Shown: one piece after another, positions 1 through 9,548 of the stretch
How the letters are laid out: every line of letters starts with the position of its first letter
How positions within the stretch are numbered: the first letter of the stretch is position 1
Assembly: GCF_003367075.2 (NCBI RefSeq)
Contig: NZ_CP065936.1
Location: 2,130,001-2,162,000 of the forward strand
Direction of reading: 5' to 3'
DNA: 32,000 nucleotides
From: Cylindrospermopsis raciborskii Cr2010
Lineage (GTDB): Bacteria > Cyanobacteriota > Cyanobacteriia > Cyanobacteriales > Nostocaceae
The notes under the pieces: generated by a model
Told to the model about the DNA's origin: nothing
What the model saw: the letters and a program-made list of their open reading frames with translations, nothing else
Database searches by the model: none
Program-made: the position numbers and the translations under genes

Positions 1-1410
1 TTCTGTATTAAACCACCAAGGATCGTTAAGATTATTAGTTTTTATTAAGAAAGCCTTGGTTTGGAGGAACTTTTTAAAAACTGAGTTACCCATGCGAGAC
101 CCTCCTAAACCAGAAAATTTTAGGGGATGATTTTCCCCCTCTTGCATAATAGCTGTTAGACCTGCGTCATTAATACTAATGGCGCCCACATCTAATTCCA
201 TACCAATTTCTACCGCTAATTCTTCTGATTCAGCAAATATGGCAGCATTCAATCCATAAATAGAATCATTAGCCAAATTCACTGCTTCTGCAACTGTGGA
301 AAAGCTCATGATGGGCATAATTGGACCAAAGGTTTGTTCCATCATTATTTTCATGGAATGATCTACTTGGGTAAGGACTGTAGGTTTACACCACCAAGTA
401 CCCTCCATCTCTTCAACTTTGCCTCCACAATGAATTACTGCTCCCTTTTTTATTGCATCTTGTAGGTGGTTATTGATAATTTTGGCCTGATTTTCAGACA
501 TAATTGGTCCTATTTCTCCACTTTTAATGTCAGGATAGGCCAATTTTAATTGATGGGATTTAGTGATTAGTAAGTGATAAAACTCTTCATATATAGATTC
601 CGCAACGTAAATTCTTTCAATTGATGAACTACCCCTATTCATAACTGCTGACCATAAAATTGCGGAAGCTGCTAAATCTAAATTGGCAGATTCTAAAATA
701 ATGGCTGGATCTTTCCCTTCTAATTCTAAAAAAGCTGGAATAAAATTCCTAGCAGCATTTTGAGCAACTAATCTCCCCGTTTGTAAACTACCTCGAAAAC
801 AAATTAGATCTACTTCATCTATTAAAATTGCCCCTGTCTCTGGTCCACCTTCAATACAGGTTAATACATCCTTTAGTTTATTAATTTTATTGATGATAGT
901 CATGAGATTGCCAAAAAACCGTGGTGTTAGTTCACTAGGTTTGATAATTACGCTACAACCCGCTAACAGAGCAGGAATAGCATCAACTGTTGATGTCAAT
1001 AAAGGAAAATGACTGGGACTTATGATCCCAACTAGTCTGTAGGGAGCTAGTTGTTGTCTTAAACTAATAAAGGAAAGCGATGTATTTTTGGCCGTTGACT
1101 GTAACAGTTGAGGAGCTAAATTACACCATTTATCAATGTTATTTAAGAAAATATCTATCTCCAATGTTGATGTTCCTAATCTCCCTGTATCACTAACTAA
1201 AGCATTTTTTAATAGACTATACTCGCATACTATAGCTTCTCGAAATTGCTTTATAGTTTCTATTCTTGCTTCAACACCAATTTCCTGCCAAGAGATTTGT
1301 CCCCTACGCAGTCTATGACATTGCTGGGAAAGCAGTTTTGTTGGTGGGGGAACAATCACATAATCAAATTTACCTGTGCGGGGGTTACGCACTTCTATTG
1401 GTGTTATCAT
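1..1410 (-). CDS. aldehyde dehydrogenase superfamily protein (3' end runs off the window; 470 codons visible)
   Basis: My own translation of the minus strand from the ATG at 1410 gives MITPIEVRNPRTGKFDYV... and stays open to position 1. It is absent from the ORF track because there is no stop in the window. ALDH motifs present: KPSELTP, FRGS, ELEGKDP, EQTFGPI, YGLNAAIF. The start lies 3 nt after the bioF stop codon. Confidence 0.8.
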   Translation of the reverse strand, partial: MITPIEVRNPRTGKFDYVIVPPPTKLLSQQCHRLRRGQISWQEIGVEARIETIKQFREAIVCEYSLLKNALVSDTGRLGTSTLEIDIFLNNIDKWCNLAPQLLQSTAKNTSLSFISLRQQLAPYRLVGIISPSHFPLLTSTVDAIPALLAGCSVIIKPSELTPRFFGNLMTIINKINKLKDVLTCIEGGPETGAILIDEVDLICFRGSLQTGRLVAQNAARNFIPAFLELEGKDPAIILESANLDLAASAILWSAVMNRGSSSIERIYVAESIYEEFYHLLITKSHQLKLAYPDIKSGEIGPIMSENQAKIINNHLQDAIKKGAVIHCGGKVEEMEGTWWCKPTVLTQVDHSMKIMMEQTFGPIMPIMSFSTVAEAVNLANDSIYGLNAAIFAESEELAVEIGMELDVGAISINDAGLTAIMQEGENHPLKFSGLGGSRMGNSVFKKFLQTKAFLIKTNNLNDPWWFNTE

Positions 1411-1413
1411 CAG

Positions 1414-2580
1414 TTAGGATATCCGTTGCAAACTATCCACTAGCTTATCAATCTGCTCTCTGTTATGGGTTGCCATTATTGTAATTCTGATCCGACTTGT
1501 GGGAACAGTGGGAGGACGAATAGCTGGAGCAAAAATCCCTTCTTCTCTTAGGTATTTTCCTACCTGCAATGCTGTTGCAGCATCAGGTAGCTCAAAACAT
1601 AATATGGGGGACTGGGTTGGTAATATTTTCAGTTTCCCTAGGTTCTCTTTCACCACTGTTTGTAAATAATTAACATTCTCCCATAATCTTTTTCTTCGTT
1701 CCGGTTCTTTTTGCACTATATTTATTCCCGCAAGTGCAGCAGCGGTGTCTGCTGGTGACAGAGCTGTACTATAAATCCAACTGGGAGCCCGATTTCTAAG
1801 AAAGTCAATCAATGCGCTACTCCCCGCAGCATAACCTCCTAAACTCCCCAGTGCTTTACTTAATGTGCCAATTTGAATTAATTCCCTACCCGTACAATTA
1901 AAATGCTCTACACACCCAGCACCACTTTTACCCATTACCCCAGTTGCATGTGCTTCATCTATCAGTAACATACTGTTGAATTGTTCAGCTAAATCTAACA
2001 AGTTTGGTAAGGGACACAAATCCCCATCCATGCTAAACACACTATCTGTGACTATTAAACAACGACGGTATTTTTGCCGCTCCTCCTGTAGTTTCTTTCC
2101 TAAAACTGTCATGTCACAGTGGGGATATTCTATCACGGTTCCCCCACTCAAAATCCCTCCACTTTTTAAACTGGAATGATTGTACTGATCGGAAAATATG
2201 ATATCTCTTTTCCCTACCAATGCGGTGATTGTACCTATATTAGCTAAGTAACCCGAACTGAATACCAGAGCATCTTCTGTCTGTTTGGTAGATGCGATCG
2301 CCTGCTCTAATTCCCTGTGTAATTGACGATCTCCAGTGAGCAATCGGGAACCAGTGCTTCCCGTACCAAACTGACGAATGGCTTCTATAGCAGACATTTT
2401 GAGATTATGATCAGCAGCTAATCCCAAATAATCATTACTGGCAAAATTGATCATCTTTTGCCCGGATAGGAGCACAACTGCACCCGGGGGACTGTTAATA
2501 GTTTGTACAGAACGATACCAGTCAGCCCGATGAATAGTATTTAATGATTCCTCTATCCAACTGTAAGGATTATTTTTCAT
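1414..2580 (-). CDS. bioF: 8-amino-7-oxononanoate synthase (alpha-oxoamine synthase family, PLP-dependent)
   Basis: 388-aa ORF. It has NDYLGL, SRLLTG....H.ELE, DEAHATG and the PLP-lysine motif [13 protein letters not shown], which are typical of BioF/AONS. Confidence 0.85.
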   Translation of the reverse strand: MKNNPYSWIEESLNTIHRADWYRSVQTINSPPGAVVLLSGQKMINFASNDYLGLAADHNLKMSAIEAIRQFGTGSTGSRLLTGDRQLHRELEQAIASTKQTEDALVFSSGYLANIGTITALVGKRDIIFSDQYNHSSLKSGGILSGGTVIEYPHCDMTVLGKKLQEERQKYRRCLIVTDSVFSMDGDLCPLPNLLDLAEQFNSMLLIDEAHATGVMGKSGAGCVEHFNCTGRELIQIGTLSKALGSLGGYAAGSSALIDFLRNRAPSWIYSTALSPADTAAALAGINIVQKEPERRKRLWENVNYLQTVVKENLGKLKILPTQSPILCFELPDAATALQVGKYLREEGIFAPAIRPPTVPTSRIRITIMATHNREQIDKLVDSLQRIS

Positions 2581-2602
2581 TAGCTTAGGTGATATGGGAA
2601 AG

Positions 2603-3247
2603 TTAAGAGTTGCTCACAGTCTCATTGCTACTAAGATGAGCGATCGCCTGTTTAATCCAGTCCTCGGGGTAGGAATTTTTAGGCAAACCGATATCTTCAC
2701 TGATAACATGGAGAGCATGACTAACTTCGTGAGGAGTATAACCCAAGGCAAAAAGTGTCATTTGCACCTCTTCTAAAATAGCTGGTGGTGGACCACCAGT
2801 AGCAACGAAAAACCCTGCTGACTTGCGCCATTCCACCAATTTACCCTTGAGTTCCAAACACAGACGCTCTGCGGTTTTTTTACCCACTCCCGGGGTTTGA
2901 ACTAGCATAGTAGTATTACCGGAAATAATTGCTTGAACTAGTTCTGGTAATTCTAAAGTGTCTATGAGAGCGATCGCCATAGCTGTACCAATACCAGTTA
3001 CAGAAAGTAGATGTCGAAATAAGTCTCTTTCTGCTGGAGAAGAAAAGCCATAGAGTATAGGTAGTTCTTCTCGTATTTGGTAATGGGTAAAAATATGGGC
3101 TACATCACCGTTATTAGTTAACTGATTAGCCAAACGCTGTGGTATGTAGACATCATAGCCAATACCATTGACTTCCAAAGTCAGGATCCAGCGATTGGGA
3201 CTACCAGTTTGCACTCCAGCAACAATACCTTTGAGATAGCTGATCAT
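2603..3247 (-). CDS. ruvA: Holliday junction branch migration complex subunit RuvA
   Basis: 214-aa ORF starting MISYLKGIV. It has helix-hairpin-helix motifs ([20 protein letters not shown]) and typical RuvA length and layout. Confidence 0.9.
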   Translation of the reverse strand: MISYLKGIVAGVQTGSPNRWILTLEVNGIGYDVYIPQRLANQLTNNGDVAHIFTHYQIREELPILYGFSSPAERDLFRHLLSVTGIGTAMAIALIDTLELPELVQAIISGNTTMLVQTPGVGKKTAERLCLELKGKLVEWRKSAGFFVATGGPPPAILEEVQMTLFALGYTPHEVSHALHVISEDIGLPKNSYPEDWIKQAIAHLSSNETVSNS

Positions 3248-3490
3248 TTGATAAATTCCAAGAATACCCCATTATAGTCCCATCCAAAAATTTGCCTTGA
3301 TTTTCCGGGTTGATTGTGGTCTTTTTTTGAATTTTACCTAGTCTCGTGCGCATCTTAACCGCTCATTAATCATTAATTAACCTAATTAAGATAATTTTTT
3401 TTCTAGGACGATTATTTAATTGTTGCCCATAAAAACAGCGTGACACATCAGGTTTAATCAGCAAAAAGTCAGTTATAGAGAGTAAGAAAA

Positions 3491-6400
3491 ATGACAACAC
3501 CAAAATTAACAAGTTATGAATTTAAAAATCTGCCATCATTGGGAACCACAACTACAAACCAGAATATACTTTTAGGGGGATTTTCTGGACTGTATTTCCA
3601 GGGGGTAGCAAATAATGGCAACCTAAAATTTGTCACCCATACAGACAGGGGTCCCAATGGTGAGCCAACAGGACAAAACAGACCTTTTCTATTACCCAAC
3701 TTTCAACCAGAGATAGTCAGTTTTGAACTGGATAAGGCCAGCGGGGAAATTAACATTACCAGTAGAACTAAGCTATTCCGTGCGGATGGTAAAACTCCAC
3801 TGACAGGACTGCCAAACGTACAAGCTGGTGCAGGTAATACAGCTTACACTGACGAGATTGGTGTTGATTTAAATGGTACAGTTTTACCTAATGATCCTTT
3901 AGGTGCTGACTTAGAAGGGATTGTAGTTGCGGATAATGGTGATTATTGGATGGTAGATGAATACCGTCCAGCAATTTATCGTTTTAATAGAAATGGTATA
4001 CTGGTAAGTCGATTTATTCCCCAGGGAACTGCATCCAAGTCAAACCAACCTGTGGGAACTTTTGGCACAGAAGTGTTACCAGAAGTTTATGCTCAAAGAC
4101 GCAATAACCGAGGGTTTGAAGCGGTAGCTTTAGCAGGTAACAAACTATATGCTTTTATTCAAACGCCAATTGATAATCCGGACAGCACGGGGGATACAAC
4201 TTCCAGAGGTTCCCGCAATTTGCGAATTTTAGAATTTGACATAGTTAGCGAAAAGGTAACTGGTGAATATCTTTACCTGTTGGATGATATTACGGGAGCT
4301 GGTAATGCTAAGACTGATAAAATTGGAGATGCGGTTTTCTTGGGTGGTTTTAGGTTTGCAGTAGTGGAAAGAGATGATAGAAGTGATACAACATCAAACA
4401 AACTGATCTATCAGATTGACCTAACTGGTGCAACGAATATTAATGACACTGGTAAACTCGCCTTACCCCAGGGTAAAACCATTGAACAGTTAACCCCAGC
4501 AGAATTAGGCCCTGCTGGTATTATTCCTGTGAATAAGAGTTTGATAGTTAATGCGGCACAAATTGGCTATACAGGCGTGGAAAAATTAGAGGGTTTAGCC
4601 CTAGTTTCAGCCAATACCCTAGCTATAGTTAATGACAATGACTTCATTACCACAATTCCTGAGAAATTAGGAATAATTGAATTACCTAATAATCTGGTCG
4701 AAGTAATTGGCACTGCTAACAAGGATGAGTTATTTGTCAAAAAAGGTGAATATGTACTTGGACTTGATGGAGAAGATATATTAGATGCCAGTGATGGTTT
4801 AGGAAACAACGTCCTGGATGGTGGTGCAGGAAACGATCAACTTTATGCAGGAAGGTCAGATACCTTAATTGGTGGTGCTGGAAATGACCAATTATATGTG
4901 GTGGAGGGTAATAACAACACACTTTATGGTGGTGCTGGGAATGATCAATTATATGTAGCGGAGGGTAACAATAACACACTTTATGGTGAAGACGGAGATG
5001 ATAACCTCTATATCATAGAGGGTGGTAATAATACCTTGAGTGGTGGTGGTGGAGCTGACAAGTTCTATATTGTTAATGGTGCAATTCCCACTGTTCCTAG
5101 TCGGGTTCTAGATTTCACTCGTGGGAATGATAAGGTGATAATTTCTGGTATTAGCCAGATTAAAAGTTTTGATAACCTCATCTTAGACCAGAATGGAGAT
5201 GACACCATTATCAAAACGAAAGATTTGATAGATGGATCTCAAAAGATACTGGGTATTTTGAAAGCGGTCCTTGCCAATACCTTGACAGCGGATGACTTTA
5301 GAATTGACGATAACCGGGCACCGAGCTTTGTTACTACTACTGCTACTTTCTCTACACCTGAAAATACAACTGCGGTGGGAACTATTATCGCCGCTACAGA
5401 TCCAGATGTAGGTGATGTCCTGAGTTATACCCTGGGAGGAGCGGATGCCAGTAAGTTCGACTTTAATGCCACGACACGTGTTCTGAGTTTTAAAACCGCA
5501 CCTAACTTTGAGTCCCCTGGTAGCGCCGCAGGTACTAATGCTTACACCCTAGTGGTGACTGCAACGGATAGCAAAAATGCGATCGCCACTCAAAATATCA
5601 CGGTCAATGTCACGGATGTGGATGACACCGCCCCCGTTGTAAACGCCAACCAAACGTTCTCCTATGCAGAACGTCAAGTGGCCAACTTCCAAGTGGGAAC
5701 GGTCACAGCTACCGATGCAGTAGGAGTCACAAACTTTGCGATCGCATCTGGAAATAATTCCGGGTTCTTTGCCATTAGTAACAGTGGAGTAATTACCCTC
5801 ACAGCAGCAGGTGCAGCTGCATCAGCCGCGTCCAATGACTTTGAGACTACTCCAAATACGTTTACACTGGGAATAACTGCTAGTGATGCTGCCAACAACA
5901 CCTCTTCTCCTGTAAACGTGACCATCAACGTCACGGATGTGGATGATAATCAAACACCCAATGTATCAGGAACATTTAATATCATTGCTACAGATGGCAT
6001 TCTCACAATAGAAGAAAAGAATGCGGGAGTAACTTTAAGTGGTACAGTAAGCGATCAAAAAGCACAGGTGACAGTTCAATTTGGGGGACAGATCAGGCTT
6101 GCCAATGTGATTGGTACGAACTGGTCTTATAAGCTAACTAGTAACGACTATAACTTCTTCAAAGAAGGGTCAAATCAACTAACTGCTATCTTCACCCTTA
6201 ATAATGTAACCCCCCAGTTTAAGAGTTCCCAGACCCTAACCATTGGTACGGGGGTACTGCCATCACTTGGCAGTCCCACCTTAGATCCCACCCAACCAAA
6301 GGGTATTAGTGCAGAAGTTACTCAAAAAGCACAATCAGCAAATATTGGTCAAGGTATTCTAGGAACTCAAGAAAAGTTAACAGATCCGAACATTGTAGTT

Positions 6401-7588
6401 ATTCCATTTGGAGGTGTTGATACCTTTAACAAAGGAGCAAATGCTGCGATAGAAGATTTTGGTCTGATTAAAACTGGAGCCAATACCACCATTGAAAGTG
6501 TGAGAGTTTTACCCGAGAACACAACTGGTGAGGTTTCAGTTACCTTAAACGATGGAACAGTGGTATTGGCATCTATTCCCCCTGGGATTAGCTCCATTGG
6601 AGATCCCTTGGGGTTAACCATGAGTGGAGTCCTTCCGGGGGGAAGCTCTACTTTAGATTTCTATTTGCCTAAAAATATTCTCAATCAGTTACCCAATGAT
6701 TTACAATCTGCTACATACGCAAAATTTAACTTTGAGGCTAAGAAGTTTGAGCGGTATGCAGATGAACAAGGAAAGCCCTTATATCAGTACAAATTTACTG
6801 ATAAAAATAGCAATGGGATTCGAGACTTTGGAGAACTTTATCTCAGTCTAAATCTTACAGATGGAGATAAATGGGATGGTGATAGAATTCAAAATGGTAT
6901 TATTGTTGACCCAGGACAGTTGGGAATTGCTGTTGCAGTGACAGGAACAGGTGTCACCTACTCATCAACCACAGTTAATCCTGGAAATTCCTTGATTCCT
7001 AAAGAAGCACCTCCCCTATCTAATATTGCTGATAATGTGTTCTATAATTTCCCCAGCACCTATAGGCCAGCGGAAGCAAGACAAGCATTACAAAATGCTT
7101 TAGGTCAAACTGATGCTGCCTTTAAAAACATATTTGGGTTGTATGAGGTGGATAATGCGACAGGAGCAGTCAATGGTATTGCACCTGGACAATCTGGTTA
7201 TGCCAAAGCTGCTTTGGACAAGAGTAAAGTAATTAGCAATTTTACTGTGCGCGCAGGAGGGTCAGTTACCCCCAATATTAATGGTGACTTGATTGGTATT
7301 GGAGGCAAAACTTATGCACCATTTGTGATTGCTAATGGTGGCAATTACTCTGGTAGTATCCAAGAAGCTATTAACGAGTTTTTCAAGGTTAATCCCAATA
7401 ACAGTGCAGCTACTGCTCAAAATTATATGGGTTTACCCGTTGCTTACTTTAGCTTTGGTGCTGCTAACCCAGATGGTGCAGCTCACATCAAGAGCTTTGG
7501 CAATAATATCTTTGGGTTTGAAGATTTACCTGCTGGTGTGGGAGTTAGTGATTACGACTTTAATGATATGGTCTTCTCCTTTGGTTAA
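3491..7588 (+). CDS. large multidomain extracellular/adhesin-like protein: phytase-like esterase N-domain, RTX-type Ca-binding repeats, two cadherin-like domains, C-terminal DUF4114-like domain
   Basis: 1365-aa ORF. The N-terminal ~400 aa resemble the esterase-like-activity-of-phytase family (GGFSGL, HTDRGPNG, DLEGI, ERDD). GGAGNDQLY nonapeptide repeats lie at about nt 4760-5075. Two modules ending VNVTDVDD / INVTDVDD lie at about nt 5318-5950. The C-terminus reads FGFEDL...DYDFNDMVFSF. Confidence 0.8.
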   Translation: MTTPKLTSYEFKNLPSLGTTTTNQNILLGGFSGLYFQGVANNGNLKFVTHTDRGPNGEPTGQNRPFLLPNFQPEIVSFELDKASGEINITSRTKLFRADGKTPLTGLPNVQAGAGNTAYTDEIGVDLNGTVLPNDPLGADLEGIVVADNGDYWMVDEYRPAIYRFNRNGILVSRFIPQGTASKSNQPVGTFGTEVLPEVYAQRRNNRGFEAVALAGNKLYAFIQTPIDNPDSTGDTTSRGSRNLRILEFDIVSEKVTGEYLYLLDDITGAGNAKTDKIGDAVFLGGFRFAVVERDDRSDTTSNKLIYQIDLTGATNINDTGKLALPQGKTIEQLTPAELGPAGIIPVNKSLIVNAAQIGYTGVEKLEGLALVSANTLAIVNDNDFITTIPEKLGIIELPNNLVEVIGTANKDELFVKKGEYVLGLDGEDILDASDGLGNNVLDGGAGNDQLYAGRSDTLIGGAGNDQLYVVEGNNNTLYGGAGNDQLYVAEGNNNTLYGEDGDDNLYIIEGGNNTLSGGGGADKFYIVNGAIPTVPSRVLDFTRGNDKVIISGISQIKSFDNLILDQNGDDTIIKTKDLIDGSQKILGILKAVLANTLTADDFRIDDNRAPSFVTTTATFSTPENTTAVGTIIAATDPDVGDVLSYTLGGADASKFDFNATTRVLSFKTAPNFESPGSAAGTNAYTLVVTATDSKNAIATQNITVNVTDVDDTAPVVNANQTFSYAERQVANFQVGTVTATDAVGVTNFAIASGNNSGFFAISNSGVITLTAAGAAASAASNDFETTPNTFTLGITASDAANNTSSPVNVTINVTDVDDNQTPNVSGTFNIIATDGILTIEEKNAGVTLSGTVSDQKAQVTVQFGGQIRLANVIGTNWSYKLTSNDYNFFKEGSNQLTAIFTLNNVTPQFKSSQTLTIGTGVLPSLGSPTLDPTQPKGISAEVTQKAQSANIGQGILGTQEKLTDPNIVVIPFGGVDTFNKGANAAIEDFGLIKTGANTTIESVRVLPENTTGEVSVTLNDGTVVLASIPPGISSIGDPLGLTMSGVLPGGSSTLDFYLPKNILNQLPNDLQSATYAKFNFEAKKFERYADEQGKPLYQYKFTDKNSNGIRDFGELYLSLNLTDGDKWDGDRIQNGIIVDPGQLGIAVAVTGTGVTYSSTTVNPGNSLIPKEAPPLSNIADNVFYNFPSTYRPAEARQALQNALGQTDAAFKNIFGLYEVDNATGAVNGIAPGQSGYAKAALDKSKVISNFTVRAGGSVTPNINGDLIGIGGKTYAPFVIANGGNYSGSIQEAINEFFKVNPNNSAATAQNYMGLPVAYFSFGAANPDGAAHIKSFGNNIFGFEDLPAGVGVSDYDFNDMVFSFG
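4871..5041 (+). repeat. three tandem 57-bp (19-aa) coding repeats inside the RTX block
   Basis: Units 4871-4927 and 4928-4984 are near-identical (GGAGNDQLYV.EGNNNTLY). Unit 4985-5041 is a degenerate third copy (GEDGDDNLYIIEGGNNTLS). Confidence 0.85.
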
Positions 7589-7608
7589 AAAAACCGTTGT
7601 CGTTCACC

Positions 7609-7647
7609 ACCAAGGTTTTGCTAATTTGGGTTAGTTAAAACCTTGGT
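7609..7647 (+). terminator. stem-loop downstream of the large ORF (possible terminator)
   Basis: An 11-bp perfect stem (ACCAAGGTTTT 7609-7619 / AAAACCTTGGT 7637-7647) with a 17-nt loop lies 21 nt after the stop. There is no clear T-tract after it. Confidence 0.4.
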
Positions 7648-7699
7648 CCCCAATTCAATAAATATATAATAAAATATATCTACCTTTGGAGTTTTTACA

Positions 7700-8269
7700 G
7701 TGAGTCTATTTGATGATCTAAGTCGTTTTCTGGAAGCCCGTTTAGAAGAATTTATACGAAACAATCCTCATATAGAGTTGGAAATGCTCACGGAACAACT
7801 ACAGCGCGAGGAGGAAAAAACAATAAAATTGATTACAGATCTACAATTACAGGAACGACAAGTCCAGGATGAAATTCTGGCAACCGCACAAGAAATACAA
7901 CGATGGCATGCTCGTATTCAAAAAGCTAAGGCAGCAGGTAGGGAAGACTTAGCTGTACCGGCACAAGCAAAAGAAGATTCTTTACTGCGAGAGGGAAATC
8001 AGCAATGGGCAAACATGCAGTCTTTAAAAGAGAAAGTTGTGCAGTCTCAACAGACGTTAACTAAGATTAAACAACGTCGGGAAGAAGTGCAAGTAAAAGC
8101 TAAAGCGATGAAAAGTGATAAAACTAAATCTTCAACCAACGAGGGTACAAAAACCACAGATTCCAAGTTCAACTACTCCAATTCCAAGTTTGATGACTTA
8201 GAAGAAGAGTTTCGTCGTTGGGAAATTCAGGATGAACTAGAAGAAATGAAAAGGAACAGGAAAAAGTGA
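7700..8269 (+). CDS. hypothetical coiled-coil protein (conserved cyanobacterial type)
   Basis: 189-aa ORF with a GTG start. The composition is highly charged (E/K/Q/R-rich) with heptad-like character. The N-terminus MSLFDDLSRFLEARLEEF looks like a conserved cyanobacterial family, but I cannot verify that. Confidence 0.6.
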   Translation: MSLFDDLSRFLEARLEEFIRNNPHIELEMLTEQLQREEEKTIKLITDLQLQERQVQDEILATAQEIQRWHARIQKAKAAGREDLAVPAQAKEDSLLREGNQQWANMQSLKEKVVQSQQTLTKIKQRREEVQVKAKAMKSDKTKSSTNEGTKTTDSKFNYSNSKFDDLEEEFRRWEIQDELEEMKRNRKK

Positions 8270-8295
8270 CGCTTCTTAGGATACTAGAATATTGT

Positions 8296-8316
8296 CCCCG
8301 CAATAGCGGGGCTTTT
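8296..8316 (+). terminator. rho-independent terminator candidate
   Basis: CCCCGC-AATA-GCGGGG hairpin (8296-8311) followed by CTTTTC. It sits between the convergent 7700-8269 ORF and acsF. Confidence 0.6.
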
Positions 8317-8320
8317 CACC

Positions 8321-9409
8321 CTATTTGGGTTGACCTTGGGTTGCCAATACATCAATGGGCTTCATCAAGTACAGTTTGAGGAACTGCCATCCATGGGAAA
8401 TGTAAATGGGTATCTTCTGCAAAAATTGTAGGAATTTGGGACTATTGCCATTGGAAATAGCTGTTAACCTTTCGTTATTCTTAATGCAAATATCCAGACG
8501 CTGATAAAACTCTGGACTTTCCACATCTAAAATTATGGGAAACACGCGACCAGCGGTTTCGTTAGTCTTCTTGATGACATGAATGTCGTACTCTCTAGCA
8601 TCTAAACCAATGGCAGCATAAAAGTCTTTACGCTGAATATCATTGAGATACATGGTGGCAAATACAGACAACAAAAAGAAACGACTCCAAAGTTTACCTT
8701 GCCACCCCCGCAACATTTGTGGTTGGGCCTTCATGATAGCATCAAAGAAATCACCATGACGGTTTTCATCCTGACACCAGTTCTCAAAGAAACGGAAAAT
8801 TGGATAAATTCTATCTTCAGGATGTTTTTCTAAATGACGATAAATGGTGATATACCGCCAGTAACCAATCTTTTCAGAGAGATAGGTGGCATAAAAGATA
8901 AATTTGGGTTTGAAGAAGGTATAACTGCGACTCTTGGTCAAAAATCCTAGATCTAGGGATAGATTAAAGTCCGACATAGCCTTATTCAGAAACCCGGCGT
9001 GACGAGCTTCATCCCGTGACATGAGATTAAAGCACTCTGCTAGAAGAGGGCTTTTATCTTTTAAGCGGCGACCTAGTTCTTTGTAGAGGAGGAACCCAGA
9101 AAACTCTGCTGTGCAGGAGCGTTCTAGAAATTCAATGAACAATTGGCGGGTTTGTCCGTCAATGTGGTCCCAGGACTGTTCAAATTCAGCATCTCGAACA
9201 AAGTGATGACGGTTATAGTCAACGCGAAACTCTTCTAAGATGGCTCGCAGCTCGTCCTCATTGACGGAGATATCCATCCGCGCCATTTCGTCAAAATCGG
9301 TTGTATAGAATCGGGGTGTTAATAGGGTTTCTTTCGCAGGAACTTTCACCCCGGGACGTATTTCTTCAAAGGTTGGTTTTTTTAGGGAATTTACCATCTT
9401 AATTTTCAA
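8321..9409 (-). CDS. acsF: Mg-protoporphyrin IX monomethyl ester oxidative cyclase
   Basis: 362-aa ORF with two diiron E..H motifs ([18 protein letters not shown]) and the typical N-terminus [18 protein letters not shown]. The true start may be the internal MVNSLKK (ATG at 9397). Confidence 0.9.
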   Translation of the reverse strand: MKIKMVNSLKKPTFEEIRPGVKVPAKETLLTPRFYTTDFDEMARMDISVNEDELRAILEEFRVDYNRHHFVRDAEFEQSWDHIDGQTRQLFIEFLERSCTAEFSGFLLYKELGRRLKDKSPLLAECFNLMSRDEARHAGFLNKAMSDFNLSLDLGFLTKSRSYTFFKPKFIFYATYLSEKIGYWRYITIYRHLEKHPEDRIYPIFRFFENWCQDENRHGDFFDAIMKAQPQMLRGWQGKLWSRFFLLSVFATMYLNDIQRKDFYAAIGLDAREYDIHVIKKTNETAGRVFPIILDVESPEFYQRLDICIKNNERLTAISNGNSPKFLQFLQKIPIYISHGWQFLKLYLMKPIDVLATQGQPK

Positions 9410-9548
9410 TTAAGGATAATAATGACATTTGTATAACATCTACTCTATCAAAATCTAGTCCCAAAAAGGGCAAACAAACATTAAGAGTTGCAACAAATCT
9501 TGAAATTTCACCCAGTTTCTCGCTTAACCTCTGTGACTATTTTACGTT

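Noticed and set aside
4760-5075. Regular short repeats that could be mistaken for a CRISPR array
   Set aside because: The repeats are contiguous, with no unique spacers. They are in frame and encode GGxGxD Ca-binding nonapeptides within a long ORF.
3514-7634. Antisense or alternate-frame ORFs inside the 1365-aa gene (3514-3699, 4567-4809, 4737-4979, 5674-5934, 6367-6621, 7329-7634)
   Set aside because: They are fully embedded in a long, motif-rich CDS. The His/Pro-rich or repetitive translations are typical frame shadows of the RTX and cadherin repeats.
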